32,000 nucleotides of DNA from Pyrinomonadaceae bacterium (GCA_035273385.1 DATEPE010000033.1:113887-145886); one strand, 5' to 3'; positions 1-8,280 are shown, counted from the first letter of the stretch. Translations and numbers: made by a program. The notes: a model not told the origin generated them from the sequence alone.

Positions 1-66
1 GTAGACACAGGGTTTCTGGTTTTAGCCAAAACGTTGGCTAGACATGATTGATGTGTGACACGATGA

Positions 67-792
67 CTACTTGCGAGAGCGGCGCTTGCGCAGCTTGCGA
101 AAAAGCATTCCCGCCACCGCGCCTATGAGGATCAGCGCAGCCAGGATCAACATCAATGTGAGGGGATTATTCGATAACAGACTTTCTCCGGCCAGGACGA
201 TAAGCATGGCATAAATGCCTTCAGAAACCGCCATCGCGATAACGAATCTCCAAAAAGAGTACTGAATTCCGCCCAGCACATAGCCGGGTATTTCTGAAGG
301 AACAGCGAAGCAAAACAACAGGACCATCCAGAACTTCGTCCGTCGACCTATATACTCCTGATACTTCTCGATCTTTTCCTTGTAGCCTAAACGCATCAAC
401 AACGGCCGAGCGAGTCTTCCGATTTGATAAGCAAGCAAAGCCCCAGATAACCAACCGCCCCACAGCAGCAAGAAGGTAACGAATTTTCCCCATACCAGAT
501 TCGCCGGCGGCACCAGCGCGGCGCTCGACGCAAACGCCAGCATCGCGGACAGCATGGAGAAGAGAAAAAAGACAACAGCTCCCAACAAAGGGTTAGCCGC
601 CATCAAGTCTTTAGCCCACAGCGTTATTGAATCGAGAAGACTGCGAAAAGCGTCCGAGTAAGAAAGGAGGAATACGCCGACGACAAGCGCGAGCAGACCG
701 ATCACCAACAATATCGATCGTTTCTTCCACATTTGTTCATTATCAGAGACGATGATGTCGTAATCGTCAAATTGGAATGACGCGAACTGCAT
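67..792 (-). CDS. TVP38/TMEM64 (VTT / DedA-superfamily-like) integral membrane protein
   Basis: ORF 67..810 starts with TTG at 810; the first in-frame ATG is at 792. The protein has several hydrophobic helices. 'CFAVPSEIPGYVLGG' and the preceding Gly-rich helices resemble the VTT/SNARE-associated domain. The C-terminus has a basic tail, RKLRKRRSRK. The start codon is uncertain. Confidence 0.5.
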   Translation of the reverse strand: MQFASFQFDDYDIIVSDNEQMWKKRSILLVIGLLALVVGVFLLSYSDAFRSLLDSITLWAKDLMAANPLLGAVVFFLFSMLSAMLAFASSAALVPPANLVWGKFVTFLLLWGGWLSGALLAYQIGRLARPLLMRLGYKEKIEKYQEYIGRRTKFWMVLLFCFAVPSEIPGYVLGGIQYSFWRFVIAMAVSEGIYAMLIVLAGESLLSNNPLTLMLILAALILIGAVAGMLFRKLRKRRSRK

Positions 793-959
793 CTTCTTGT
801 GGGTCAACAAAAGCAGAACCAGGAGCGCAGCGACCGGGTCGCCGGGGACAGGGAAAAACCGGCGAGAATTTTCGTCGACCCACTGGTGACAATTTACTCA
901 AGGACAAACCCGGTCGCTACGCTCCCGGTTCTGCTGCCGACCTACCAAGTGATGAAGAA

Positions 960-1703
960 TTACACCAAGGTACTTGTGTTTCGGTTCTTTAGCTCGATAA
1001 GCGCAATTGGAAGAATTAGCAGAAGTGGGATCAGTAATACGAAGACGGAATGTTCAAGGAATGTTGTGGCCGCGAATTCCTGTCGATAGATAGCGTTCGC
1101 CAGCGGTATTCCCAGAGTCGTCGCGTAATAAACGAAAAGGGGAAGAATGAATTCACTTATTCGAAGGGGACCACCATTTGGCTTGGCAGCCGTTTGATTA
1201 AGAGTTCGCTCGCTCAGCAGAAACAGCAGCAACAGAAACCCGAAATAGATCAGTATCCCTTCAAGGCGGTGAAGTTGATTTCCGCTGAGACCAGCAATAT
1301 CCAATCGACTGTTTTGCAGGTGCAGTGCAGTTGAGATACGAACCGTATTGGCCACAATTGTCATTGCATACGAAATCAGCAAAGCCGCCGGGATTAACTT
1401 CCAGGAGAGTTTTCCTCTCCAAAGCTTCGCGATCGACAGCATCGAGAAGGCTGCGATCATGAAATTAACGCCGGCACACGAACTTGCGATCAGAAAGCTC
1501 CGGTCGCTGCTCATATAGCCGGCGTGCATTTCAAAGTTAAAGGTTCTGCCGCTCACTATTTCAACGAGAAGAGTTGTCGGGGCCAGGATCCAACGCAGCT
1601 CGTTTACACTGGCAGTTGCATAAAAATATTTGAGCGCAAAGGCACCCGAGAGGATGGCGAATAATTTCGCCATTTGGTTGTATCTTGTGTATCTCCCGGT
1701 CAT
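960..1703 (-). CDS. exosortase/archaeosortase-family transpeptidase-like membrane protein (minimal, ~248 aa)
   Basis: This is a polytopic membrane protein with about 7-8 hydrophobic segments. It carries the family signature positions: Cys in 'IASSCAGVNFM', Arg in 'IVANTVRIS' and His in 'NQLHRLEGILIYFG'. The track ORF runs to a TTG at 1838, but its first 45 codons are the translation of the repeat at 1747..1820. I therefore start the gene at ATG 1703 (MTGRYTRY...); an alternative ATG is at 1673. Confidence 0.7.
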   Translation of the reverse strand: MTGRYTRYNQMAKLFAILSGAFALKYFYATASVNELRWILAPTTLLVEIVSGRTFNFEMHAGYMSSDRSFLIASSCAGVNFMIAAFSMLSIAKLWRGKLSWKLIPAALLISYAMTIVANTVRISTALHLQNSRLDIAGLSGNQLHRLEGILIYFGFLLLLFLLSERTLNQTAAKPNGGPLRISEFILPLFVYYATTLGIPLANAIYRQEFAATTFLEHSVFVLLIPLLLILPIALIELKNRNTSTLV

Positions 1704-1746
1704 TCGGATTCCGCGTTCAATCCTTGCGAGTAGTCGATTACCTTGT

Positions 1747-1820
1747 TTCGTGTTAATTCGGGGATCCACTTTAACTACACCTAAAAAATTCGATCCACGA
1801 AATACATAACCAACACGAAA
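1747..1820 (+). repeat. REP-like palindromic element, degenerate copy (TTCGTG-hexamer family)
   Basis: The left arm is 'ttcgtgttaattcggggatcc'. The loop ends in an A6 run. The right arm is 'ttcgatccacgaaatacataaccaacacgaaa'. It is homologous to the copies at 4000..4071 and 14670..14750. It lies in the gap between the VIT-vWA gene and the exosortase gene. Confidence 0.7.
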
Positions 1821-1834
1821 GTGACTCCCAGCGC

Positions 1835-3850
1835 TCAAACGGTCAACGTTGATCTTCGTCTGCGGCTACGCCAGAACGTCAACAGAGCCATCAACAACAC
1901 CACACTGATCAACCAAACAAGTTCCGGCTCGGTACCGTTCTCCGTGTCTCCGCCCACTGCGAGGTCGGTGACACCCAGTGGTAACGGCTGCGGCTGTCTT
2001 ACGTCTTGCGCTGAGCCCAGCGGGTTACGTACTTCCTCCAGTACCGCGATAAACGATGTGTATTGAGTTAACAGGCTGTACTTCAAACCTAAAGCCGTGA
2101 TCTCTTTAACCCGATCATCACCAATGTCCCTCGAGCCGTAATCTGATAACTCTGCAATTCGTGAACGGGCCCATAGGAAGCGCAATGCGCGATTCGACTC
2201 GTCAGGCTGCGCTGAGGTCACGTCGAAATGGGCCAGATAATCTCCGCGCCCTGACTTGCCGTGTAACTCGAAGGTCCCGGTAACTGGTCCACGCCACTTG
2301 CCGAAAAGAATCACCGGCCGTTGCGCGAGCAGATCGGGGAAGTGGGCCGGGTGGACATCGTAAATATCAAACCCAACGGCGCGTATCTTGATGTCTGTCA
2401 GCACCGGCGTTTGTATGTACTCCCTAAATTTCATCGCTATCGACGCAGCCTCTTCCGGCTTGGTGACGATGAATGGTTCACCCATGCCGGCCTTGGCTAC
2501 ACCTTCAATCAAGTAGCGATTCACCGACGAACCTATTCCAAATGAAAAGACATTACACTTATCGAGATTCTGACGGATGTACTCGAACACGTCGCTTTCC
2601 GCGGAGATGAAACCGTCGGTCACGAGTACGACGCTTCGCGAGATGTTTTCGTCGCGCGGAATGCCCATCGCCTGCTGTAGCGCCGCCAGCAACTCGGTGC
2701 CCCCGCCGCCACGCTGTTCGTCGATCAAACGAGTCGCTACCTCAATGTTTTCCTGGCTTGCCTGCAAAGACCTGGGCGCGAGCACCGACGAATCGCCGGC
2801 AAACAAGACCACATTGAACAAATCTGTCGGCCGCAGTTGTCCAATCAAATCACGTAGAAGTTGTTTCGACGTGTCGAGCGGAAAGCCTGACATCGAACCG
2901 GAAATATCAACTATGAAGATGTACTCGCGCGGCGGAATATCTTCGCTGGCAACTCGCTGCGGTGGTTGGGCCATGTAGAGGAAGAAATTTTCGTCTTGTC
3001 CCTGAAACAGCAGGAGGCCGGACGTGACCTGATTTCCCGCCAGCCGGTATCGCAAAATAAAATCTCGGTTACCCTGAAATGCGTCGGGTTCATCAAGTGT
3101 GACGTCCGCGACCGTCGACCCCTGCCACAAGGGAGATACTTTGTGTGATGGACTGCTCAAGTCCTGGATGGGCATGCCGGCTGACAATCGCGCCGCAATG
3201 TGCAGTGTGCTCGTGGATTTCTTGCCCATAGGCAAGTAAGGACTCTTCACCCATTGATCTTCTTTCGACGCTGTCGATTCTTTCTCCGACGAATACCGTG
3301 GTCCAACAACAGTCGGGAAGACGACTTCGTAGACGCCATCCGTGGGTACTAGTAATTCGGTGTATCGCAATTCAATTTCAACCTGGTCCTGGGGCATGAT
3401 GTTGGCCAGGCTCATGGAAAAAACATTTGGTCTGTCCTGCTCGAGTAGGGAAGCGCTCTTGCCTTCCTTCTTCGCTTGCTCAAACTCCTGCTTTGCTGCT
3501 TCTCGTTCCTTGATTCTGGCGACTACTACCTGGTCGCGAATACGCATGCGCATCGCGTAGACGGCCGCGCGCGTCGACGCCGGAAAGACATAGGACGCAT
3601 TGATTGGACGCGAACCTTCGTTCCGATAGATTTGCACCACTTTCACATCGGCGATCACGCCGGACACGGCTATCTCAACTCGAGTGTCTTTGAGCGGCAG
3701 GTGATCTACGTTGGGATCTCCCTGGACAAAGAAGTATGGCGCCAGTGTCTTGTCCTCAGGTGCTTGGGCCGCTGTTAGAGTCGAAAAGGAAGTGATCGTA
3801 AACAGGACCAGAAAAACATTTCGCAAGTTGTGGATTACCACGGTGTTCAT
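1835..3850 (-). CDS. secreted VIT + von Willebrand factor A domain protein with C-terminal exosortase-type sorting signal
   Basis: The track ORF starts with TTG at 3871. ATG 3850 has GGAG about 10 nt upstream and gives the signal peptide MNTVVIHNLRNVFLVLFTITSFSTLTAAQA. The N-terminus is VIT-like ('LPLKDTRVEIAVSGVIADVKVVQIYRNEG...YVFPAS'). The vWA domain has the MIDAS motif 'FIVDISGSMSG' and 'VVLVTDG'. 'LTQYTSFIAV' is typical of bacterial VIT-vWA proteins. Confidence 0.85.
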   Translation of the reverse strand: MNTVVIHNLRNVFLVLFTITSFSTLTAAQAPEDKTLAPYFFVQGDPNVDHLPLKDTRVEIAVSGVIADVKVVQIYRNEGSRPINASYVFPASTRAAVYAMRMRIRDQVVVARIKEREAAKQEFEQAKKEGKSASLLEQDRPNVFSMSLANIMPQDQVEIELRYTELLVPTDGVYEVVFPTVVGPRYSSEKESTASKEDQWVKSPYLPMGKKSTSTLHIAARLSAGMPIQDLSSPSHKVSPLWQGSTVADVTLDEPDAFQGNRDFILRYRLAGNQVTSGLLLFQGQDENFFLYMAQPPQRVASEDIPPREYIFIVDISGSMSGFPLDTSKQLLRDLIGQLRPTDLFNVVLFAGDSSVLAPRSLQASQENIEVATRLIDEQRGGGGTELLAALQQAMGIPRDENISRSVVLVTDGFISAESDVFEYIRQNLDKCNVFSFGIGSSVNRYLIEGVAKAGMGEPFIVTKPEEAASIAMKFREYIQTPVLTDIKIRAVGFDIYDVHPAHFPDLLAQRPVILFGKWRGPVTGTFELHGKSGRGDYLAHFDVTSAQPDESNRALRFLWARSRIAELSDYGSRDIGDDRVKEITALGLKYSLLTQYTSFIAVLEEVRNPLGSAQDVRQPQPLPLGVTDLAVGGDTENGTEPELVWLISVVLLMALLTFWRSRRRRSTLTV
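1838..1936 (-). other. C-terminal tripartite sorting signal of the VIT-vWA protein (GTEPE / TM helix / RSRRRR)
   Basis: The last 33 aa are GTEPE-LVWLISVVLLMALLTFW-RSRRRR-STLTV. This is a short Pro/Glu motif, one hydrophobic helix and an Arg cluster, which is the PEP-CTERM-class layout with a different signature motif. Confidence 0.6.
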
Positions 3851-3999
3851 GTCATCAGCTCCGTCATTCAATTAAGAAGGCGTGGCCTTCTTTGTATAGC
3901 GTGCTGAATGCTAGGTCCGGGGTTGGATGAGGATAATGTTGACGGCCACAGAAGCAGGCGCTACTAACCACGGAGGCCCGGAGTGAATATCATTTCCTG

Positions 4000-4071
4000 T
4001 TATTCGCGTAATTCGTGGATCGCTTCTTAAGTCGAAGACAAAAAAAATCCACGAATCACACGAATAAACAC
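4000..4071 (+). repeat. REP-like palindromic element (TTCGTG-hexamer family)
   Basis: The left arm 'ttattcgcgtaattcgtggatcg' (4000..4022) pairs with the right arm 'tccacgaatcacacgaataa' (4048..4067) with 2 mismatches. The loop ends in an A8 run (4040..4047). It lies in the divergent intergenic region between the VIT-vWA gene and the lipoprotein peptidase gene. Confidence 0.8.
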
Positions 4072-4240
4072 AAAACAGCGGGATTTTGCACAGTTGCAGA
4101 CTTTGGTTTGCCAAGTGTCACTACGCCACCCCGGCCCGTAGGACCCACACTCGTCGGTAACGGGCCACCTGCCTTCCAAACTAATGAGTCGGGCAACTTC
4201 AAGGGCAGCGTTTCATTCCAAGCGAAGGGGACAATTAATT

Positions 4241-5170
4241 ATGCGTGGGCTATTGATACTCTTCGTAGTCGCAGTTCTCCCGGGATGCCAGGAAGCCCAG
4301 TCGCCGTCCTCAATCCCCGTAGCGAAGGCCAGCGGTCCAGGCCTTTCCGCTCCCCCTCCGCCGATCCCGACGTCAACGAAATTAACGAGATCAGACTTTG
4401 CAGAGCATGTCGCGCGCCTAAAGAAAAGACTGCCTTCGAAAGATTTTTCTATTGTTATCCAGGAGCCATTTGTCGTTGTTGGTGATGAGGATGAGGCAAC
4501 GGTTAAGCAGCACGCAGTAAACACCGTCAAGTGGGCCGTCGATCGACTTAAACAGGATTTCTTCACGCAAGACCCGGAGCAGATTCTCGAGATCTGGCTC
4601 TTCAAAGATAAGTTGTCTTATGAAAAGCACACTCAATTGCTTTTCAATGACAAACCCACCACACCATTTGGCTACTATTCATCGACCCACAAAGCGCTGA
4701 TCATGAATATCGCTACCGGGGGCGGCACCTTGGTCCATGAGATCGTCCATCCGTTTATCGAGGCAAACTTTCCTGCCTGCCCTCCATGGCTCAACGAAGG
4801 CCTGGGATCCTTGTATGAACAGAGTGGTGAAGAGAATGGACACATACACGGATACACCAACTGGCGCTTGCCTGGACTTCAGGAGGCCATCAGAGCTGAT
4901 ACGGTACCTTCCTTTAAAGCGTTAACCGGGATGACTCCAAACGCGTTCTACAACGACGACCGCGGTTCGAACTACGCGCAGGCCCGATATCTCTGTTACT
5001 ACCTGCAACAAAAAGGTGTGCTGGTAAAGTTCTATAAAGAGTTTCACGCCAACCAGAAAACTGATCCGACCGGCTACGCGACGTTACAGAAGGTTTTGGG
5101 TGAAACTGATATGGACCAGTTTAAAAAGAGATGGGAAAAATTTGTGTTGGGCCTGCGGCAGGGGATATGA
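4241..5170 (+). CDS. lipoprotein, putative gluzincin metallopeptidase (Peptidase_MA_2 / DUF1570-like)
   Basis: The track ORF starts at 4184. ATG 4241 has AAGGGGA about 10 nt upstream and gives the lipoprotein signal MRGLLILFVVAVLPG|C. The HExxH motif is 'LVHEIVHPF'. About 16 aa later comes 'PPWLNEGLGSLYE', a candidate third-ligand Glu. Confidence 0.65.
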   Translation: MRGLLILFVVAVLPGCQEAQSPSSIPVAKASGPGLSAPPPPIPTSTKLTRSDFAEHVARLKKRLPSKDFSIVIQEPFVVVGDEDEATVKQHAVNTVKWAVDRLKQDFFTQDPEQILEIWLFKDKLSYEKHTQLLFNDKPTTPFGYYSSTHKALIMNIATGGGTLVHEIVHPFIEANFPACPPWLNEGLGSLYEQSGEENGHIHGYTNWRLPGLQEAIRADTVPSFKALTGMTPNAFYNDDRGSNYAQARYLCYYLQQKGVLVKFYKEFHANQKTDPTGYATLQKVLGETDMDQFKKRWEKFVLGLRQGI

Positions 5171-5199
5171 AGTTACTGTGCAGTAGTCTGAGTGTTTAA

Positions 5200-6189
5200 C
5201 TAAGGCAGTGGTTTCGAAAGTACCGTGGCAATCAACTCGTTCAGTCCCGTATCAGAGTTGGTGTTGAAGCTCTTGTAGATCGCGGTCAGCTGTTCGAGGA
5301 TCTTAGCTCTCGCGGCGGGCGAAAACTGTGGCTGGTTCGGCGCCTGAGTTCTCGCCGGATCAGTTAGGGCCACCGCGCGCGCATAAGCATCCATTGCCTG
5401 CAGTCCGAGTTTTTGAATTCGCCCCAGCATCGCCTGTTGGGGTGGCGACGACTGCTGACTGCCGCATTTTTCGTTGTACTCATTCGATAACTGCGCAAAC
5501 TCACCTTTCAGAATCGCTATCCCCATACGATGGTAGATGATCGGATCCTGGCGATAGAAACTCTCGGACTGTGCCGCCTTTCTAAAAGCTCGCGCTGCCT
5601 CAACCGGCGACTTGTCTCGCAATATCGTACCAACCACCATGTTCAAATAGCCGTGCGCTGTTCCCATGTCCTTGAACGGATCGGCCGCAGCGACTTTCCC
5701 AGCTTCCAGCAGCTTGATCGCGCGCGTGGCGTAGTCGAGCGTTCCCTCGAGGGGCTCCGTTTTTGTGGCTTGGCCGCTGTCGAAACCTGCTTCAGTCATT
5801 ATTGATAGGACAAAAAAGTTTTCGGGATCGCGGTCGAGGATGGGTTTACCGATAGCAATAGCCTTCGCGTAGTCTTTCGAGTTGTAAGTGGTCAGTAGCT
5901 TCGCGTGGATGCCACTACGCTCATACTCGATTACGAACTGGCGCACGGTGCGAGCGTCCGCGTCTTTATCTCCTTCGAAGCGTTTCAAATATTCGATCGC
6001 AGTCTCATAGGCGCGGCGCTGACTATCCTGCAAAGGAATGCGTCGATAGGTATTGAAGGTTGCGTAATAGCGTTCCTTTTCCGCGTCGCGCTGCTGTTCC
6101 GCCATCGGCGGATTTCGCTGGCCACAGACGTTGGTAACGCCGGCACAAAACACCAGGATTGCTACAGGAAACAGGAGTAGGTAACGCAT
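5200..6189 (-). CDS. secreted all-alpha (TPR-like) hypothetical protein
   Basis: The ORF is 329 aa with an ATG start and the hydrophobic N-terminal signal MRYLLLFPVAILVFCAGV. The rest is helix-rich with Ala/Lys/Glu/Tyr patterns like degenerate TPRs. I recognise no catalytic motif. Confidence 0.55.
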   Translation of the reverse strand: MRYLLLFPVAILVFCAGVTNVCGQRNPPMAEQQRDAEKERYYATFNTYRRIPLQDSQRRAYETAIEYLKRFEGDKDADARTVRQFVIEYERSGIHAKLLTTYNSKDYAKAIAIGKPILDRDPENFFVLSIMTEAGFDSGQATKTEPLEGTLDYATRAIKLLEAGKVAAADPFKDMGTAHGYLNMVVGTILRDKSPVEAARAFRKAAQSESFYRQDPIIYHRMGIAILKGEFAQLSNEYNEKCGSQQSSPPQQAMLGRIQKLGLQAMDAYARAVALTDPARTQAPNQPQFSPAARAKILEQLTAIYKSFNTNSDTGLNELIATVLSKPLP

Positions 6190-6272
6190 GGCGGAAGATT
6201 AATTTAACGAGGCACCTGCGCGCAAACAAAAATTGGTCTGGTGGGCGTTGCCGGCCCATGGCGCGGAGTGGC

Positions 6273-6659
6273 TTATTTTGCGGATCGTTTTTTCGGACTG
6301 GTCTTGGCGCTCGAGTCCAGGTTGTCTTTGATTTTCCGGGGCAACTTGTCGCGAACCAGCTCGTAAGCTTTGGTGAGTAGCTCTTTAACTTCCCGATCAG
6401 GCAAGGCATCGAAGCGTTCAAAACCAACCCAGTGATAGCGAGCGACGTATGGCGCGGGAATAATGCCATCGTGCTCAACCAGCTCTGCGAATTTTTCCGG
6501 AGTGCACTTAAACGACATTAGCACTCCGTGGGATGGTTCGAGTGCTACAACCGCGAACATCTTGCCGCCAATGCGAAACAGTAGATCGTTTTCCCACTGT
6601 ACCTTCTCATCAACGTGTGGTAGCGAAAGGCAATGTTTTCGAACTGATTCGATGTCCAT
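6273..6659 (-). CDS. MmcQ/YjbR family DNA-binding protein
   Basis: The 128-aa protein has 'VRKHCLSLPHVDEKVQWENDLLFRIGGKMFAV' and 'APYVARYHWV', which match the YjbR/MmcQ family pattern. Confidence 0.8.
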   Translation of the reverse strand: MDIESVRKHCLSLPHVDEKVQWENDLLFRIGGKMFAVVALEPSHGVLMSFKCTPEKFAELVEHDGIIPAPYVARYHWVGFERFDALPDREVKELLTKAYELVRDKLPRKIKDNLDSSAKTSPKKRSAK

Positions 6660-6661
6660 AA

Positions 6662-6696
6662 AAATGGTGAATAGTAGTTGGTAAATGGTGAATAGT
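6662..6696. promoter_or_regulatory. two perfect 14-bp direct repeats AAATGGTGAATAGT with 21-bp period, abutting the yjbR-like start codon
   Basis: The copies are at 6662..6675 and 6683..6696. The nearer copy ends 3 nt from the ATG at 6659 on the minus strand. Confidence 0.4.
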
Positions 6697-6741
6697 GCTC
6701 CACGGGCAACAGCAATCCATTAGCCGACGTTGTGTTTCAAA

Positions 6742-7710
6742 TCAGGCTTGCACCATCGCTTCTGATTCGTCATCCCAGCGCCAAAGATTGCGGTCATCCG
6801 AAAGATAGACGCCGCCTAACCAACGTTCGATGCCATTCAATAAAATAAAATCGCCTTCTCCCCTAAGCACGGCCCTGCCAAGATCGGTAATTTCAATTTT
6901 CGTTTCAGGCGCAGGGCTATCGCCGCTAATAGTCAGCAAAGGCTGGTTGGCCTCAGCAAGTCTTCGCAGTGACATCCAAAACTGTGTATCACCCAAACCA
7001 TAAACAGGTTCAACTTCACCGAAGCGTTGGAACAAAGCATCGAAGTTGTTTAATCCTGAATTGACCAGCTGCAGACCACGATTCTCAATTCTTCCCAATC
7101 CGTTCGCAGTTGAGGGAAAACGTCGCAAGTGTCCCTTTAATGCCGGCGCGAGGAAGGGTAGCGCGCTGGTGTCGTTCTGAAGCAGACTTTCAAGGTCACG
7201 CGGATCGGTTGAACGGTAGGCGTCCCACGCCCTAGTTGCCAGGTCAAGTTGTTCACGTGTAACCGACTGACGTGACGGAAATAAAGAACTCAACTCTTCC
7301 GCGCTCAACTCTCCCAGACCCCGAAAGTTTCCTCTGCCGGGAAAGCTGCCCACGCATATCAAGCTGAGTTTGGTTTTGCCTAAATCACGGTCCGCGAACC
7401 AATTCAGCAAATAGATCAGATGGACCTGGCAAAAGAGATCATGCTCAAACCAAAGCACCACTTCTTCGTAGTCCGTAAAAGAGGCCAGCTTTTCCTCCTG
7501 AGCAACCGACTCACTCTCCAATTCCGCAGGTTCAAATCCGTAAGCCTCGGACAAATGTCGGGCGCGGACTCGCCGCCATTCCTGTTCGTTTGCGGCAGCC
7601 GGCGCCGGTCCGTCAATCAATGCTTCACGCCAGGCAAAGTGCTCGCCCGGAATTGAAGACTGCTTTGCCACGTCAGCAGAAGCGTCGCCGTTATGTATGT
7701 GCAGGATCAT
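6742..7710 (-). CDS. DUF1835 (+DUF3658-like) domain protein
   Basis: The N-terminus 'MILHIHNGDASADVAKQSSIPGEHFAWREALIDGP' matches the DUF1835 signature. The ATG at 7710 overlaps the upstream DinB-family stop codon as ATGA. Confidence 0.7.
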   Translation of the reverse strand: MILHIHNGDASADVAKQSSIPGEHFAWREALIDGPAPAAANEQEWRRVRARHLSEAYGFEPAELESESVAQEEKLASFTDYEEVVLWFEHDLFCQVHLIYLLNWFADRDLGKTKLSLICVGSFPGRGNFRGLGELSAEELSSLFPSRQSVTREQLDLATRAWDAYRSTDPRDLESLLQNDTSALPFLAPALKGHLRRFPSTANGLGRIENRGLQLVNSGLNNFDALFQRFGEVEPVYGLGDTQFWMSLRRLAEANQPLLTISGDSPAPETKIEITDLGRAVLRGEGDFILLNGIERWLGGVYLSDDRNLWRWDDESEAMVQA

Positions 7711-8243
7711 CGGAACGCCTTGATCAATTCGCTAATGCGGGCAAGGTGATAATCGTCATGTTCAGCCTGGAAGAACAGCATATCGACCAGGCGCATTGGC
7801 ATGTTTAAGCGCGGGTGGTGTGCCACGCGCGCAAACGTGTCTGAGGGCAACTCTTCCAATCGTTGGACCAGAGCCATTCGACCTTCACGGAAGCTCGTCA
7901 AAATACTTTCAAGAGTGAGACGATTATGATCGGCTTCGTAGGTTTTCCGGTTGGACATGTCTGCCGCATGCAGGCTGGCGGCGCCCGCCAAATACTCATC
8001 GAGTCTGGTACTGACGAGCACTTCCAGATCAAGGAGATGGCCGGCGTTTTCCTGCATGGACCATCGCTCACCATCTCGCCGGGTTAAGAGTTGTGTGTTG
8101 ACAGACCGCAACCGGTCTTCGAGTCGGGCAGGAGTTCCACGCAACCGTTCGATCATTTCCGGGTAGACCTCAACCGGAAATGTAAACTGAAACTTACGGT
8201 CGCCCCATTTTAGAAGCTCAGACATGGCAATGATGGAAATCAA
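7707..8243 (-). CDS. DinB-family (DinB_2-like) metal-binding four-helix-bundle protein
   Basis: His-containing motifs 'ENAGHLLDLE' and 'FQAEHDDYHLARI' are spaced as in DinB-superfamily proteins. The TTG start at 8243 has GGAGGGG upstream, supplied by the GC-rich repeat. An alternative ATG is at 8225. Confidence 0.6.
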   Translation of the reverse strand: MISIIAMSELLKWGDRKFQFTFPVEVYPEMIERLRGTPARLEDRLRSVNTQLLTRRDGERWSMQENAGHLLDLEVLVSTRLDEYLAGAASLHAADMSNRKTYEADHNRLTLESILTSFREGRMALVQRLEELPSDTFARVAHHPRLNMPMRLVDMLFFQAEHDDYHLARISELIKAFR

Positions 8244-8246
8244 ATC

Positions 8247-8280
8247 TTCCCCTCCCCTTGGGAGGGTTACGGGAGGGCCT
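8247..8280 (-). repeat. GC-rich hairpin repeat, type 1, inverted orientation
   Basis: 'ttcccctccccttgggagggttacgggagggcc' is approximately the reverse complement of the consensus GGCCCTCCCC-TNA-CCCCTCCC-ARA-GGGAGGG seen at 8440, 21169 and 22880. Confidence 0.75.

Noticed and set aside
830-917. Nested inverted repeats between the exosortase and TVP38-like genes. The outer pair is 'gcgaccgggt' (830..839) with 'acccggtcgc' (908..917). The inner pair is 'tcgccgg' (839..845) with 'ccggcga' (859..865).
   Set aside because: On the transcribed (minus) strand no U-tract directly follows either stem, and the outer loop is about 70 nt. I cannot support a terminator or riboregulator call from sequence alone.
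1704-1838. N-terminal extension of the exosortase ORF with an apparent 4-nt overlap (TTGA) with the VIT-vWA stop, which looked like translational coupling.
   Set aside because: The extension is the translated REP-like element. The start would be a TTG, and the hydrophobic core of the protein begins only after ATG 1703 or 1673.
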